A stretch of DNA of 64,000 nucleotides from the IMG/VR virus record IMGVR_UViG_3300032374_000001, positions 3,658 through 67,657 of that record. The stretch is one strand, 5' to 3'. Source of the stretch: a virus. Positions 1 to 8,272 of this stretch are shown here, in pieces. The translations under genes and the position numbers were made by a program. Under the pieces are notes generated by a model. That model did no database searches and was not told where the DNA came from. It saw only the letters and a program-made list of their open reading frames with translations. The first letter of the stretch is position 1, and each line of letters begins with the position of its first letter.

Positions 1-133
1 GCCGACGAGATGGCCGAGTTCAACGACCTGTGCAGCCGCGGCCTGATGCGCCGCGACTACGGCGGCACCGGCGGTTTCCTTGGCCTCGCCAAAGCCCGCG
101 CTGTCGCCGCCGCCGATTGCGCAGCGGGAGGTA

Positions 134-454
134 ATGATGACCGATCTCATTGAGTTCGACGAGGACGCTACCCGCCTGAAGTGGCAGCGGCGGGATCACC
201 GCGACGGTGAAACCGCACAGTTTGCCGTGTGCGGTCTCCACGTGTGGGTTCAGGATTTGGACGGAGACTACTGCATTTGGGAAATCAGCAAAGGCAGGCG
301 CGGTCCCATCATTGCCAAGGGCGACACGATCTATTTCCCTGAGGCTTTGCGCGATGCAGAGCATGCTCTGTATCGGATTATTTCCGAGCGGATCGCACAG
401 CTTCGCGCTGCCGCATCTTCCGCGCAACCTTTGCCGCTTCCGGGGAAGGCCTAA
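134..454 (+). CDS. Hypothetical early protein
   Basis: ORF with GGAGG RBS, packed in + strand operon. Confidence 0.7.
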   Translation: MMTDLIEFDEDATRLKWQRRDHRDGETAQFAVCGLHVWVQDLDGDYCIWEISKGRRGPIIAKGDTIYFPEALRDAEHALYRIISERIAQLRAAASSAQPLPLPGKA

Positions 455-457
455 GCG

Positions 458-688
458 ATGGCTTGGACAATTCCCGAGCGCGATACCGACGGGGAGCGAG
501 AAGAGGCGCGCGCACTGCTTCGCGCCTTGCCCGGATACCCCTTCATGCCCTGCAAGATCTGCACGCGCGAAGGCTTCAGCAGCTTGAGTTGCGAGCACTC
601 CGGCTGGGAGCGGGCCAAGGCGTGGCATCCGGGGCTGATCGGCGATGTTTCGTCTGATCGTTCTCCACCGACGCAAGAGAGGGCCTGA
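458..688 (+). CDS. Hypothetical protein (CxxC...C motif)
   Basis: ORF track; tight spacing; PCKICTREG...SCEH. Confidence 0.6.
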   Translation: MAWTIPERDTDGEREEARALLRALPGYPFMPCKICTREGFSSLSCEHSGWERAKAWHPGLIGDVSSDRSPPTQERA

Positions 689-809
689 CCATGCGCGCCC
701 TCACCCTCGACATGATCTGCCAAGCCGAAGCCGCCGGCATCCCCGTCCGACGCATCGAGCCGTCCAAACTTCCCGCCCGGTCCCTTTCTCTCAGCAGGGA
801 GGCCTGAAC

Positions 810-1352
810 ATGGGCATCCTATTCAGGCTTCTTCGGTTCTGTCTGCTTCGCGTCGCCGAGCGCCGCCCGCCGGATGTCGTCATCGGTGGCGAGGCCGATC
901 CCTATATGCGCCGCTGGTGGGTGATCCCGCGCAACAAGCGGTTCAACATCTACCTGCACCACTTCTGCCGCTCGGACGATGATCGGGCGCTCCACGATCA
1001 TCCGTGGTGGAACGCGTCGCTGCTGCTGAAGGGCAGCTACCGCGAGGTCGTGCCCGTCGATCCCGCGAGCCCGGCCGGCGAGACGAAGGCGCTGCTGCGT
1101 GGAGAGGGTGACTTCGTCTTCCGCCGCAGCGGGACCATGTCGCACCGGATCGAGCTGTATCCAGCGCAGCGCTGGTCACGCGCTTGGACGCCGGAGACCT
1201 TCGGCGAGCGTCCCGTCTGGACCCTCTTCATCACCGGCCCGAACGTCCGCACCTGGGGCTTCCACTGCCCCAAGGGCTGGGTGCCGTGGCGCGAGTTCAC
1301 CAACCCTGCCGATGACGGCCGCACGGTCGGCCGCGGATGCGGAGAGCCGTGA
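810..1352 (+). CDS. Cupin-like metal-binding phage protein
   Basis: GGGAGG RBS before ATG 810; YLHHF..SD..RALHDHPW...E and HRI...WTLFITGP motifs. Confidence 0.7.
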   Translation: MGILFRLLRFCLLRVAERRPPDVVIGGEADPYMRRWWVIPRNKRFNIYLHHFCRSDDDRALHDHPWWNASLLLKGSYREVVPVDPASPAGETKALLRGEGDFVFRRSGTMSHRIELYPAQRWSRAWTPETFGERPVWTLFITGPNVRTWGFHCPKGWVPWREFTNPADDGRTVGRGCGEP

Positions 1353-1576
1353 TGTCGATCAAGCTGCCCTGCCCTCAATGCGCCGGCACCGGATGGTCCA
1401 CCCATCAGGACCGCCACGCCGAGACGAACCGCGACGTGTGCCGACCCTGCGCCGGCACAGGCTGGATTGAGGCTCGAACCGGCGAGACCCGCGAAAGCAG
1501 CGCTGATCCTGCGACGGGACGTTGCCCTGGCGAAGACCCCTCCGCGCAGCCTGCGCCTCTCGCTAGGGAGGGGTAG
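1352..1576 (+). CDS. DnaJ-type zinc-finger small protein
   Basis: Two CxxCxGxG motifs (CPQCAGTG, CRPCAGTG). Confidence 0.7.
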   Translation: MSIKLPCPQCAGTGWSTHQDRHAETNRDVCRPCAGTGWIEARTGETRESSADPATGRCPGEDPSAQPAPLAREG

Positions 1577-1579
1577 GGG

Positions 1580-1942
1580 ATGGACCGATACCTCATTCGC
1601 ATCCAGGCGTGGCCCTACAGCATGGATGTCGGGCCGGACGCCGCCCAAGCGATGGCTGGACCGCGTGAGCAGTCATTCATGGTGCCGGCGCAGGACATTC
1701 GCGCCGCGCTCGCGATGGCCGAGCTGTTTCGCGACGGCATGCTGACCAATCCGTTCGTCTGGCAGGCGCGCATCGTGGAAGTTCGACAGGCTCAGCACGG
1801 CGAAGACGTTCGGTTTGAAAAGCCCTGCGTCACGTCGGTGCCGAAGCTTCGGCTGGCCAGTGAGCCCCGTCCCCTCCCCCAGGACCACCACGACCGATCA
1901 GGGACAAGATCTGAGATGATGGAGGAAAGACGAGATGGGTGA
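1580..1942 (+). CDS. Hypothetical protein
   Basis: ORF with strong RBS, overlaps next start. Confidence 0.65.
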   Translation: MDRYLIRIQAWPYSMDVGPDAAQAMAGPREQSFMVPAQDIRAALAMAELFRDGMLTNPFVWQARIVEVRQAQHGEDVRFEKPCVTSVPKLRLASEPRPLPQDHHDRSGTRSEMMEERRDG

Positions 1943-2249
1943 CGGTCTGAAAAGAGCGGCTGCCGCGGCTGCGCGCACACGAGCCGACGCGAGCCTGACA
2001 CCGGAGATGCGGGCGTTCCTCGATCTGCTGGCGCCACACAGCAAGCCGATGACTCGGAAAGCGCTCGGTTGCGTCACGTCGGAGGCAGAGGAACGGGCGC
2101 GGGGCGCGTGCCGTCGGCTCGGCTACGCCAAGTTCCACCGTCTGACCCCCTTTGATCCGGTGGGTTGGTCGATCACAGCCGCGGGGCGGAGGGCTCGTAA
2201 CGCCCCCACCCCCTCCGATCCGTCCCCCTCTCGCGTCGAGGAGGGGTAG
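1935..2249 (+). CDS. Hypothetical protein
   Basis: Coupled to neighbours (stop abuts ATG 2250). Confidence 0.6.
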   Translation: MGDGLKRAAAAAARTRADASLTPEMRAFLDLLAPHSKPMTRKALGCVTSEAEERARGACRRLGYAKFHRLTPFDPVGWSITAAGRRARNAPTPSDPSPSRVEEG

Positions 2250-3080
2250 ATGAACATCCAGGTCTTCTCCGACCTGCATTTCGACGCCCGCGCTCTGTCG
2301 TGGGAGCCGAAGCTGGCGCCGGGCGCCGATGTTGTCGTCTGTGCCGGGGACGTGTGCGAGGGGCTACCGGAGGCGTTCGCCTTCCTGCGGGCGTCGTTCC
2401 CGACCCCGACGCCTATCGTGACGGTGGCCGGCAACCACTCGTTTTACCGACGCGAGATGCAGGAGGAGTTGGCTCGCGGGCGGGCGGCCGCCGCCAAGCA
2501 CGGCATCACGTTTCTCGAAAACCAAGCCGCGATGATCGGTGGCGTGCGCTTCGTCGGGGCGACGCTCTGGACGGACTACTGCCTTGGCCGCGGGGAGCCG
2601 GGCAACGAGGTGCTGGCCCAGATGCTTGCCAGCCGGCACATGAACGACCATGCCTTGATAGTGGTCGGCCCTGGCTGTCGGAAGTTTACGACCACAGATG
2701 CGTTCACCCTGCACGACAAGACGCTGTCGGTGCTGGACGAACTGATCGCCGAGCCCTTCGACGGCCCGACGGTTGTCGTCACCCATCACGCGCCGCACCC
2801 CGGATCGATTGCCGAGCACTTCAAGGGCGACTCGCTCAACCCCGCGTTCGCCAGCGACCTGACGTGGCACATCAAAGCGTGGGCGCCCGACCTCTGGATC
2901 CACGGCCATACCCACGCCTCGGTGGACTACCGCGTCGGCCGGACCCGCGTTCTCTGCAACCCGCACGGCTACGGCCGGGAGAACGTCAGCGGCTTCGATC
3001 CTGAACTCGTGATCCGGCTCGATACCCCCTCCCCTGACCCCGGCGCGCCCCACCCCTCAAAACCTACGGCAGGAGATTGA
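2250..3080 (+). CDS. Calcineurin-like metallophosphoesterase
   Basis: SDLH, AGD, GNH, THH, HGHTH motifs in canonical order. Confidence 0.93.
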   Translation: MNIQVFSDLHFDARALSWEPKLAPGADVVVCAGDVCEGLPEAFAFLRASFPTPTPIVTVAGNHSFYRREMQEELARGRAAAAKHGITFLENQAAMIGGVRFVGATLWTDYCLGRGEPGNEVLAQMLASRHMNDHALIVVGPGCRKFTTTDAFTLHDKTLSVLDELIAEPFDGPTVVVTHHAPHPGSIAEHFKGDSLNPAFASDLTWHIKAWAPDLWIHGHTHASVDYRVGRTRVLCNPHGYGRENVSGFDPELVIRLDTPSPDPGAPHPSKPTAGD

Positions 3081-3083
3081 ACG

Positions 3084-3299
3084 ATGGACGACCACGAGTG
3101 GTTTCCGGCCAGCGAGGCGCCCGAGGGCGTGGTCGTTGAGACCAAGATCGACGATTCGGACGGCATTCGGAACGTCAGCACGCTCTACCGCCGCGGGCGC
3201 CTCTGGTGGGTGCCGGACGGCGAGATGTACGTCTACTATACGCCGACGCACTACCGGCCCATTCGCGGCGCCGCCCTTCCTCCTGCGGGAGGGCGCTGA
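3084..3299 (+). CDS. Hypothetical protein (DUF551-like small phage protein)
   Basis: WFPASEAPEG...PTHYRP pattern; AGGAG RBS. Confidence 0.65.
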   Translation: MDDHEWFPASEAPEGVVVETKIDDSDGIRNVSTLYRRGRLWWVPDGEMYVYYTPTHYRPIRGAALPPAGGR

Positions 3300-3302
3300 A
3301 CG

Positions 3303-3650
3303 ATGGGCAAGCCCGGCGCGTGGAAAGCTAAGGCGCGGAAGTTGGCTACCATAGGGCACATGACGGCATCGGTGGCCCGTCGCACCGGCCAGCGCTGGGA
3401 GCATGCGCATGAGGCGATTGAGCCAGAAATAGCCCGCAAGCGCGCCGAGCAGCGCAAAATGCGCGCCAGGGCTAGGTACGCAAGCGCCAAAGAGGCGGCA
3501 GGCGAGAGCTTGCGGCGATACTCGCCGAAGGGCCTGACCGAAGCCTTGGCAGGCGAACACGGCGTGTCGCGCCGAACCATTCGCGACTGGATGAGAACCG
3601 GCAAGCTGCCGCCCCCCTCCCCCGTCGCCAAGAACACAGGGGTGGGATAG
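3303..3650 (+). CDS. HTH-containing protein
   Basis: C-terminal LAGEHGVSRRTIRDW helix-turn-helix. Confidence 0.6.
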   Translation: MGKPGAWKAKARKLATIGHMTASVARRTGQRWEHAHEAIEPEIARKRAEQRKMRARARYASAKEAAGESLRRYSPKGLTEALAGEHGVSRRTIRDWMRTGKLPPPSPVAKNTGVG

Positions 3651-3673
3651 CGTCGGGGGATGGCCGAACGCGC

Positions 3674-3709
3674 TTGACGTGTCCTGTTTTATGCGCTGTA
3701 AATAGGACA
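3674..3709 (+). promoter_or_regulatory. Sigma70-type promoter with overlapping inverted-repeat operator
   Basis: TTGACG at 3674, GTAAAT/TAAATA at ~3698; inverted repeat TGTCCTGTTT (3680-3689) / AAATAGGACA (3700-3709). Confidence 0.6.
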
Positions 3710-3755
3710 TGGCGATGGGGATCAGCCCCGCGCCGCAAAGGGCAGGAGGCCCATC

Positions 3756-4070
3756 ATGCATCGCTACATCCTGATCGACCGGCACAGCGGCTACATCTTC
3801 GGCGACACGGCCGACTTCGCCGCTGGCCGCGAGTTCGACACGCCCGCCGAGGCTGCTGCAATCCTACACGAAACACTGCTCGACGGGGCGGTTGCCTTCG
3901 AGGCGTGCGGTGATCGAGACGAGCACGCGGTCTACGACGTGTATCAGGCCGACATCAACGGCAGCGACGCCGTGGGAGTCGTGCATGACGGCCAGGATCA
4001 GGAAACCATTGACGCCGTCGTGGCTGCCTGTGAGCACGTCAGCACGCTGCGCCGCGCCCAGGCCGCGTGA
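3756..4070 (+). CDS. Hypothetical acidic protein (moron gene 1)
   Basis: AGGAGG RBS, behind own promoter. Confidence 0.75.
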   Translation: MHRYILIDRHSGYIFGDTADFAAGREFDTPAEAAAILHETLLDGAVAFEACGDRDEHAVYDVYQADINGSDAVGVVHDGQDQETIDAVVAACEHVSTLRRAQAA

Positions 4071-4411
4071 TGCTTGCCAGCGAATTCCGCGACCTCGGCA
4101 TGCGCGCCTGGGGCCATGGCTACCAAGCGCGCGTCGCCCGCGGGCTGGCAGTGGCCGAACGAACCGTGCGGCGGTGGGCGTCGGGCGAGACGGTGATCTC
4201 GGACGGGGCTGCTGCCGAGATCGTGGCCCTGGCCGAGCGCGCCGGGACGGCCCGAACCTTCGCAGCCGAGTGCGTGTCTCGCTATGCCGAAGAGGCGGAT
4301 GCGGCCGGACTTGATCGTGCCGAGGCCATGGCGGCGCTCGTCGAGTATGCCGGCGTGCGGGCCGAGATCGCGGCATGCGCAGCGCGGCGGACTCGGCGAA
4401 GCACCCGGTGA
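4067..4411 (+). CDS. XRE-like HTH protein (moron gene 2)
   Basis: QARVARGLAVAERTVRRWASG; GTGA overlap with upstream gene. Confidence 0.75.
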   Translation: MMLASEFRDLGMRAWGHGYQARVARGLAVAERTVRRWASGETVISDGAAAEIVALAERAGTARTFAAECVSRYAEEADAAGLDRAEAMAALVEYAGVRAEIAACAARRTRRSTR

Positions 4412-4686
4412 CAATCCCCAACCCCACCGTCGCCGACTGGATCGCATCCGGGGAGACGACGATCGAGGTCTTTTGCGCTCCATCGGATGGCCCTGGATGC
4501 GGGCACCATGCCGTGGTGGATGTGACGACTCTGGACCCGAGGATGACCCGCTCCCGGCTGTGTCGGCAGGCAAGGTGCGCGAAGTGCGGGAAGCGGGGTG
4601 CTACGGTTCAGCGGGACATGGGCCGGCACTACGAGCGGCTCGCGGCGACCGGGTGGGGGTGTGATCCGTTCAAGGCGGGCGGTTAG
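4408..4686 (+). CDS. Zinc-ribbon small protein
   Basis: FC......CGH...RCAKCG; GTGA overlap. Confidence 0.65.
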   Translation: MTIPNPTVADWIASGETTIEVFCAPSDGPGCGHHAVVDVTTLDPRMTRSRLCRQARCAKCGKRGATVQRDMGRHYERLAATGWGCDPFKAGG

Positions 4687-4955
4687 GAGCCGGCATCTGC
4701 CTCTGGGTCGTTCAGCACCACCTCGCGCTGCGACCGGTCCGACATCTCCCATAGCCGGATGATCGTGCGCAGGTAGACCGGCACGCCGCCCTTCCCCTTG
4801 CCGCGAAGGCCCTCGGAAATCGCGTTCTCCCGCTTGCCGGCAAGGCGCGCGAGTTCGGCCTGCGTGAGGCCTGCGCGGCGTGCGCGCTTCTGCCAGGGCT
4901 CGTTGTCCACGTCCGGGAGCATTACCCAGCGGGGCTTTGGCGCACAATCACTCAT
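4683..4955 (-). CDS. XRE-family HTH regulator
   Basis: GLTQAELARLAGKRENAISEGL. Confidence 0.75.
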   Translation of the reverse strand: MSDCAPKPRWVMLPDVDNEPWQKRARRAGLTQAELARLAGKRENAISEGLRGKGKGGVPVYLRTIIRLWEMSDRSQREVVLNDPEADAGS

Positions 4956-5056
4956 CCTGAAAATCGGGACTCCGCTGTCGATTTGCGCCGATCCGGCATA
5001 GACAGAAATATCGAAAATCAGTAGGATTGTCCAGCAAATCAGGAGCGAGATACGCC

Positions 5057-5521
5057 ATGGACAATTTTGCCTTCAACGTGACGGCGGAGGGTCAAGGCGC
5101 TCTGAAGGCTGCCATCACTCTCGCGTTCGAGATCGCGCGGTGCCAGGGCACCAACCCGCACGGTGGCAAGCGCGGCGCCACACACTATGCGGTTCGATCT
5201 GCAAGCGAGGGCGAGAAGGCGGAGAACGGAGGCTGGGCGTATGGCAAGGCGCCCCGCCCCCTCCGCCTTGTGTTTTTCAACCACTACGAGCTGAAGCCGG
5301 TTGGCGGCGACAAGATCACGCTTCCCTTCAAGATGGATGCTGATGGTGCCGCCGATTTCGCGCGGCGGTGGCTTGAAGAGGCTGATTACGGCCGCGAGCC
5401 CGACCACGACGGCGACAACGGCAAGGGCTGGCGCCTCTACAATGAAGCATGGGGCCACATCGACGAAGATCGCTATGCAGTGATCGCTGTGGCCCCTGCC
5501 TGGGCAATGTACGGAAAGTAA
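5057..5521 (+). CDS. Hypothetical protein
   Basis: AGGAG RBS; natural amino-acid composition. Confidence 0.75.
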   Translation: MDNFAFNVTAEGQGALKAAITLAFEIARCQGTNPHGGKRGATHYAVRSASEGEKAENGGWAYGKAPRPLRLVFFNHYELKPVGGDKITLPFKMDADGAADFARRWLEEADYGREPDHDGDNGKGWRLYNEAWGHIDEDRYAVIAVAPAWAMYGK

Positions 5522-5589
5522 TGGCGCCAACCGCAGATTACAGCGGCCCTCTGGTAATGCGCCCCCACTCACCCAATCAGGAGATCGTC

Positions 5590-5772
5590 ATGACCCCGCA
5601 GGAAGGCGAAGCACTGCACAAGCTCTGCAAGGACTTCATCGAACGGCATCGCGTCTCGTGCGCCGAGGCAACCGTTGAGGATCGCGTCTACCAGCACGCG
5701 CCCGAACTGGTGGAGGGGATCGGCAAGATCGTCGGCTTCTACCGCTACCCCGATGAGGACGCCGACGCCTAA
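5590..5772 (+). CDS. Hypothetical protein
   Basis: CAGGAG RBS before ATG 5590. Confidence 0.65.
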   Translation: MTPQEGEALHKLCKDFIERHRVSCAEATVEDRVYQHAPELVEGIGKIVGFYRYPDEDADA

Positions 5773-5823
5773 CCCCCACCCTCACCCTCAAGGCTTGGGG
5801 CGAGCGACACAGAGGAGAGAACG

Positions 5824-6165
5824 ATGAGCGAGGCGCCAGCGCGGGTGTTCCCGATCCTTCTAGGCCACGGCGAGCGCGAGACGATCAAGGAAGCCCGCGC
5901 CGCTGGCGCCACGACGCTCATCATCGGCTTGCCCTGGGATATGATCGAGCCGCACGAGGATCAGGCTCGGCGAAATCACGGCGGACAGAGCCTCGAACGA
6001 CTCGCTGAGCGCGGTGGCCTGTCCGCAGCCGAAGCTGTCGCGGTTCTCGCTGGCCGCATGTTCCGGCCAATGTCGAAGGTCGAAGCGCAGTTCCGGTTAG
6101 CGCTCGCGCTCGCGAAGCACGCCGCCGCGCTCGCCCCCGAACACGAAAAACCCCGCGCCGGCTGA
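5824..6165 (+). CDS. Conserved-looking phage hypothetical protein
   Basis: HEDQARRNHGGQSLERLAERGGLS motif; GAGGAG RBS. Confidence 0.75.
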   Translation: MSEAPARVFPILLGHGERETIKEARAAGATTLIIGLPWDMIEPHEDQARRNHGGQSLERLAERGGLSAAEAVAVLAGRMFRPMSKVEAQFRLALALAKHAAALAPEHEKPRAG

Positions 6166-6176
6166 GCCGGGCGGGG
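6146..6176 (-). terminator. Intrinsic terminator (minus strand)
   Basis: GC hairpin CCCCGCGCCGGC/GCCGGGCGGGG followed by T5 on minus. Confidence 0.55.
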
Positions 6177-6191
6177 CGGAAGGAGGGTAGG

Positions 6192-6818
6192 ATGCCGGAC
6201 GAAAAGAACGGGCTCAGCGACGGCTACGAGATCTGCGCGCCGATCGCGCGCGATGGCGACGCCGCGACGCTCACGGCCACCTACACGGCCGGCAACGGGA
6301 TCAAGCTCCGCATTGACGAGAACGCCGACGCGGACGGCAACGACGAAGACGGCGCCCCCTTCGACCCCGGCATCGGGGAGTTCCTGCCGACGAACGAGCA
6401 GGCCATCTGGCTTGCGGGTAAGCTCTTGGCCTGGGCGATGCACGACCACGGCCACAAGCCGGCCAACCCGCGCATGACGGCCGGCCGGCTCGCCGCGCTG
6501 CTGCTTGAGCACCCCGACGCCGAGGTGATCCTGGAGGATGCGGGCGAAGCGGCGGTGTCCTCGGCGGAGTCGGGCGAGCAGATTTTCGACCACCACCAGC
6601 GCGCCGCTGGCCTAGAGGTCGGCTACGGCGCCCGCTGCGAGGCAGATCAGGGCTTCGACCTGTCGTTCACGATCGCACCGCACGTTCCCGCCTCCGATGG
6701 TGTGCCGACGGTGCGGATCATGGGCCATGCGAGCGACCCGACTTCGCCGACGCGGGTCAGGCGACGGGTCGGGCCGGGGGAGTACGAGACGCGAGACTGG
6801 GCGTCGGCCGACGCCTAG
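6192..6818 (+). CDS. Hypothetical protein
   Basis: AGGAGG RBS, 208 aa. Confidence 0.7.
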   Translation: MPDEKNGLSDGYEICAPIARDGDAATLTATYTAGNGIKLRIDENADADGNDEDGAPFDPGIGEFLPTNEQAIWLAGKLLAWAMHDHGHKPANPRMTAGRLAALLLEHPDAEVILEDAGEAAVSSAESGEQIFDHHQRAAGLEVGYGARCEADQGFDLSFTIAPHVPASDGVPTVRIMGHASDPTSPTRVRRRVGPGEYETRDWASADA

Positions 6819-6828
6819 CCCAGAAACG

Positions 6829-6862
6829 AAAAAGGCGCCACGGCATAGAAGCCGGGCGCCTT
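6829..6862 (-). terminator. Intrinsic terminator (minus strand)
   Basis: AAGGCGCC...GGCGCCTT stem with T5 tail on minus. Confidence 0.6.
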
Positions 6863-6900
6863 GTGGCGGGCGGAGGGGTGGGGCCCGAAGGCCCCTCCCC

Positions 6901-7029
6901 TTAGATCGCCCTCGCCTTGTAGCGGACGATGCCGCAGGAGTTGAGGAGATCGACCATCCGGTGGGCTTCGCGCTCGGAGAGCTTCTTGAAGGCCACTTTG
7001 TTGAGCTTGGTGTCGATGACTTGGAACAT
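6901..7029 (-). CDS. 42-aa basic peptide (MFQVIDTKLNK...)
   Basis: GGAG RBS, own promoter upstream, hairpins downstream. Confidence 0.6.
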   Translation of the reverse strand: MFQVIDTKLNKVAFKKLSEREAHRMVDLLNSCGIVRYKARAI

Positions 7030-7057
7030 TTGCTTGGCTCCGTCTGCGTCTATGCAT

Positions 7058-7099
7058 GTATAGATACAGGCGAATACTTGTGCTGTCAACAGTATTCGC
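7058..7099 (-). promoter_or_regulatory. Sigma70 promoter with 9-bp inverted-repeat operator
   Basis: TTGACA (7089-7084 minus), AT-rich -10 region; GCGAATACT-N12-AGTATTCGC perfect IR (7070-7099). Confidence 0.6.
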
Positions 7100-7135
7100 A
7101 CGGAGTGCGGCAAGTATTTTGGGGTGCGCGCAAAG

Positions 7136-7165
7136 AAAAACCGCCGAGGCGGGTGCCGGGCGGTT
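7136..7165 (-). terminator. Probable end-of-late-operon terminator
   Basis: AACCGCC...GGCGGTT stem then T-run on minus, downstream of last lysis-cassette gene. Confidence 0.65.
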
Positions 7166-7178
7166 GATGGAGGCGTAG

Positions 7179-7394
7179 ATGAGTGAGCTAGGTCAGGCAG
7201 CCGTTACTCCGAACGCGATAGAATTCGCCAACGCAATGGCGCGCATCATTGAGACAGCGTACAAGGATGGCTATCGAAACGGCGCCGAGAATTACATAGG
7301 CGAGGACAATAACTCCTCTCACATGGCGCGGGCTCAGCAAGTTTCATGGGACGCCTATAAGGGTGAGGTCGAGCGTCTCATTCGCACCGCGTAG
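7179..7394 (+). CDS. Hypothetical protein
   Basis: GGAGG RBS; lower-GC codon usage. Confidence 0.65.
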   Translation: MSELGQAAVTPNAIEFANAMARIIETAYKDGYRNGAENYIGEDNNSSHMARAQQVSWDAYKGEVERLIRTA

Positions 7395-7953
7395 GACCAC
7401 CCCCATCCGGGTCGCGGTAGTCGTGCCCACTGTCGAGGTAGGGCCGGAGCCATTCCGCCAGCGGCCGGAGATCGGGCTGCGCAAGTCCGAGGTAGATCGC
7501 GAAGGCCGCCACCGCGAGAAAAGCCACCCCGCTGATGACCTTGGATTTCGGCGGCACGTCGGGCCCGAATAGGTCCGGCACCCAGACCGCGATGGCGAGC
7601 GCCGCGATGCTCAGCACGATCCAGAAGTCGAACAGCGAATTGTTGATGATGTAGTAGGGCTGCCCCGAGAGGCGCCACAGGCCACCCGCCATGGTCATGT
7701 TGACCCAGATGCCCGCCGAGACGAGGAACATCATCAGGCCGTAGAGCAACTGGCCCGGCGTCCGCCCTCGGTACGTGACGGCCGACCATGCGGGCGGTGC
7801 GTACACGATCATCCCCCAGACCGACAGCACCCAAAGCATCGCTCTCAGCGAGGCTCCGCGCGTGGCGTAGGGCACGGACAGCATGAGGGCGCCGTAGACC
7901 ACCACGACGCAGACCAAGCCCCCGGCCGCCCGAAACTGAAACATGCGGCCCAT
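7378..7953 (-). CDS. Multi-pass membrane protein (about 5 TM) in lysis cassette
   Basis: Five hydrophobic segments; follows lysis genes. Confidence 0.7.
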   Translation of the reverse strand: MGRMFQFRAAGGLVCVVVVYGALMLSVPYATRGASLRAMLWVLSVWGMIVYAPPAWSAVTYRGRTPGQLLYGLMMFLVSAGIWVNMTMAGGLWRLSGQPYYIINNSLFDFWIVLSIAALAIAVWVPDLFGPDVPPKSKVISGVAFLAVAAFAIYLGLAQPDLRPLAEWLRPYLDSGHDYRDPDGGGPTRCE

Positions 7954-7954
7954 C

Positions 7955-8272
7955 CTAGTGGCGCTCCTTCCGTGCCCGGCTGGCCTCGGCCTCCATGCCG
8001 GCCAGCAACTCAAGGATACGGGACTCGATCACTCGCGGCGGGCGGGACTGTCTCCGCGCCTCTTGCGCTTGCACCCGTCGCTGCGCGCCTTGCTCGACGG
8101 CTTCCGCGCTCGTGGCGACGCGGCCCGCGGACGTGCTGAGATCACGGGCGGCCTGCTCCACGTCTTCCGTGGCGCGCATGGCTCCGGTGATCGCGGCATC
8201 AGCGCGACGGCTCGCCTCGGACGACGCCGTGCGCCAGGGCATCCACGCCATGATGTGCCCCCACAGGCTCAT
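7955..8272 (-). CDS. Coiled-coil protein in lysis cassette
   Basis: Ala/Glu/Arg-rich helical; ATGA overlap. Confidence 0.7.
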   Translation of the reverse strand: MSLWGHIMAWMPWRTASSEASRRADAAITGAMRATEDVEQAARDLSTSAGRVATSAEAVEQGAQRRVQAQEARRQSRPPRVIESRILELLAGMEAEASRARKERH

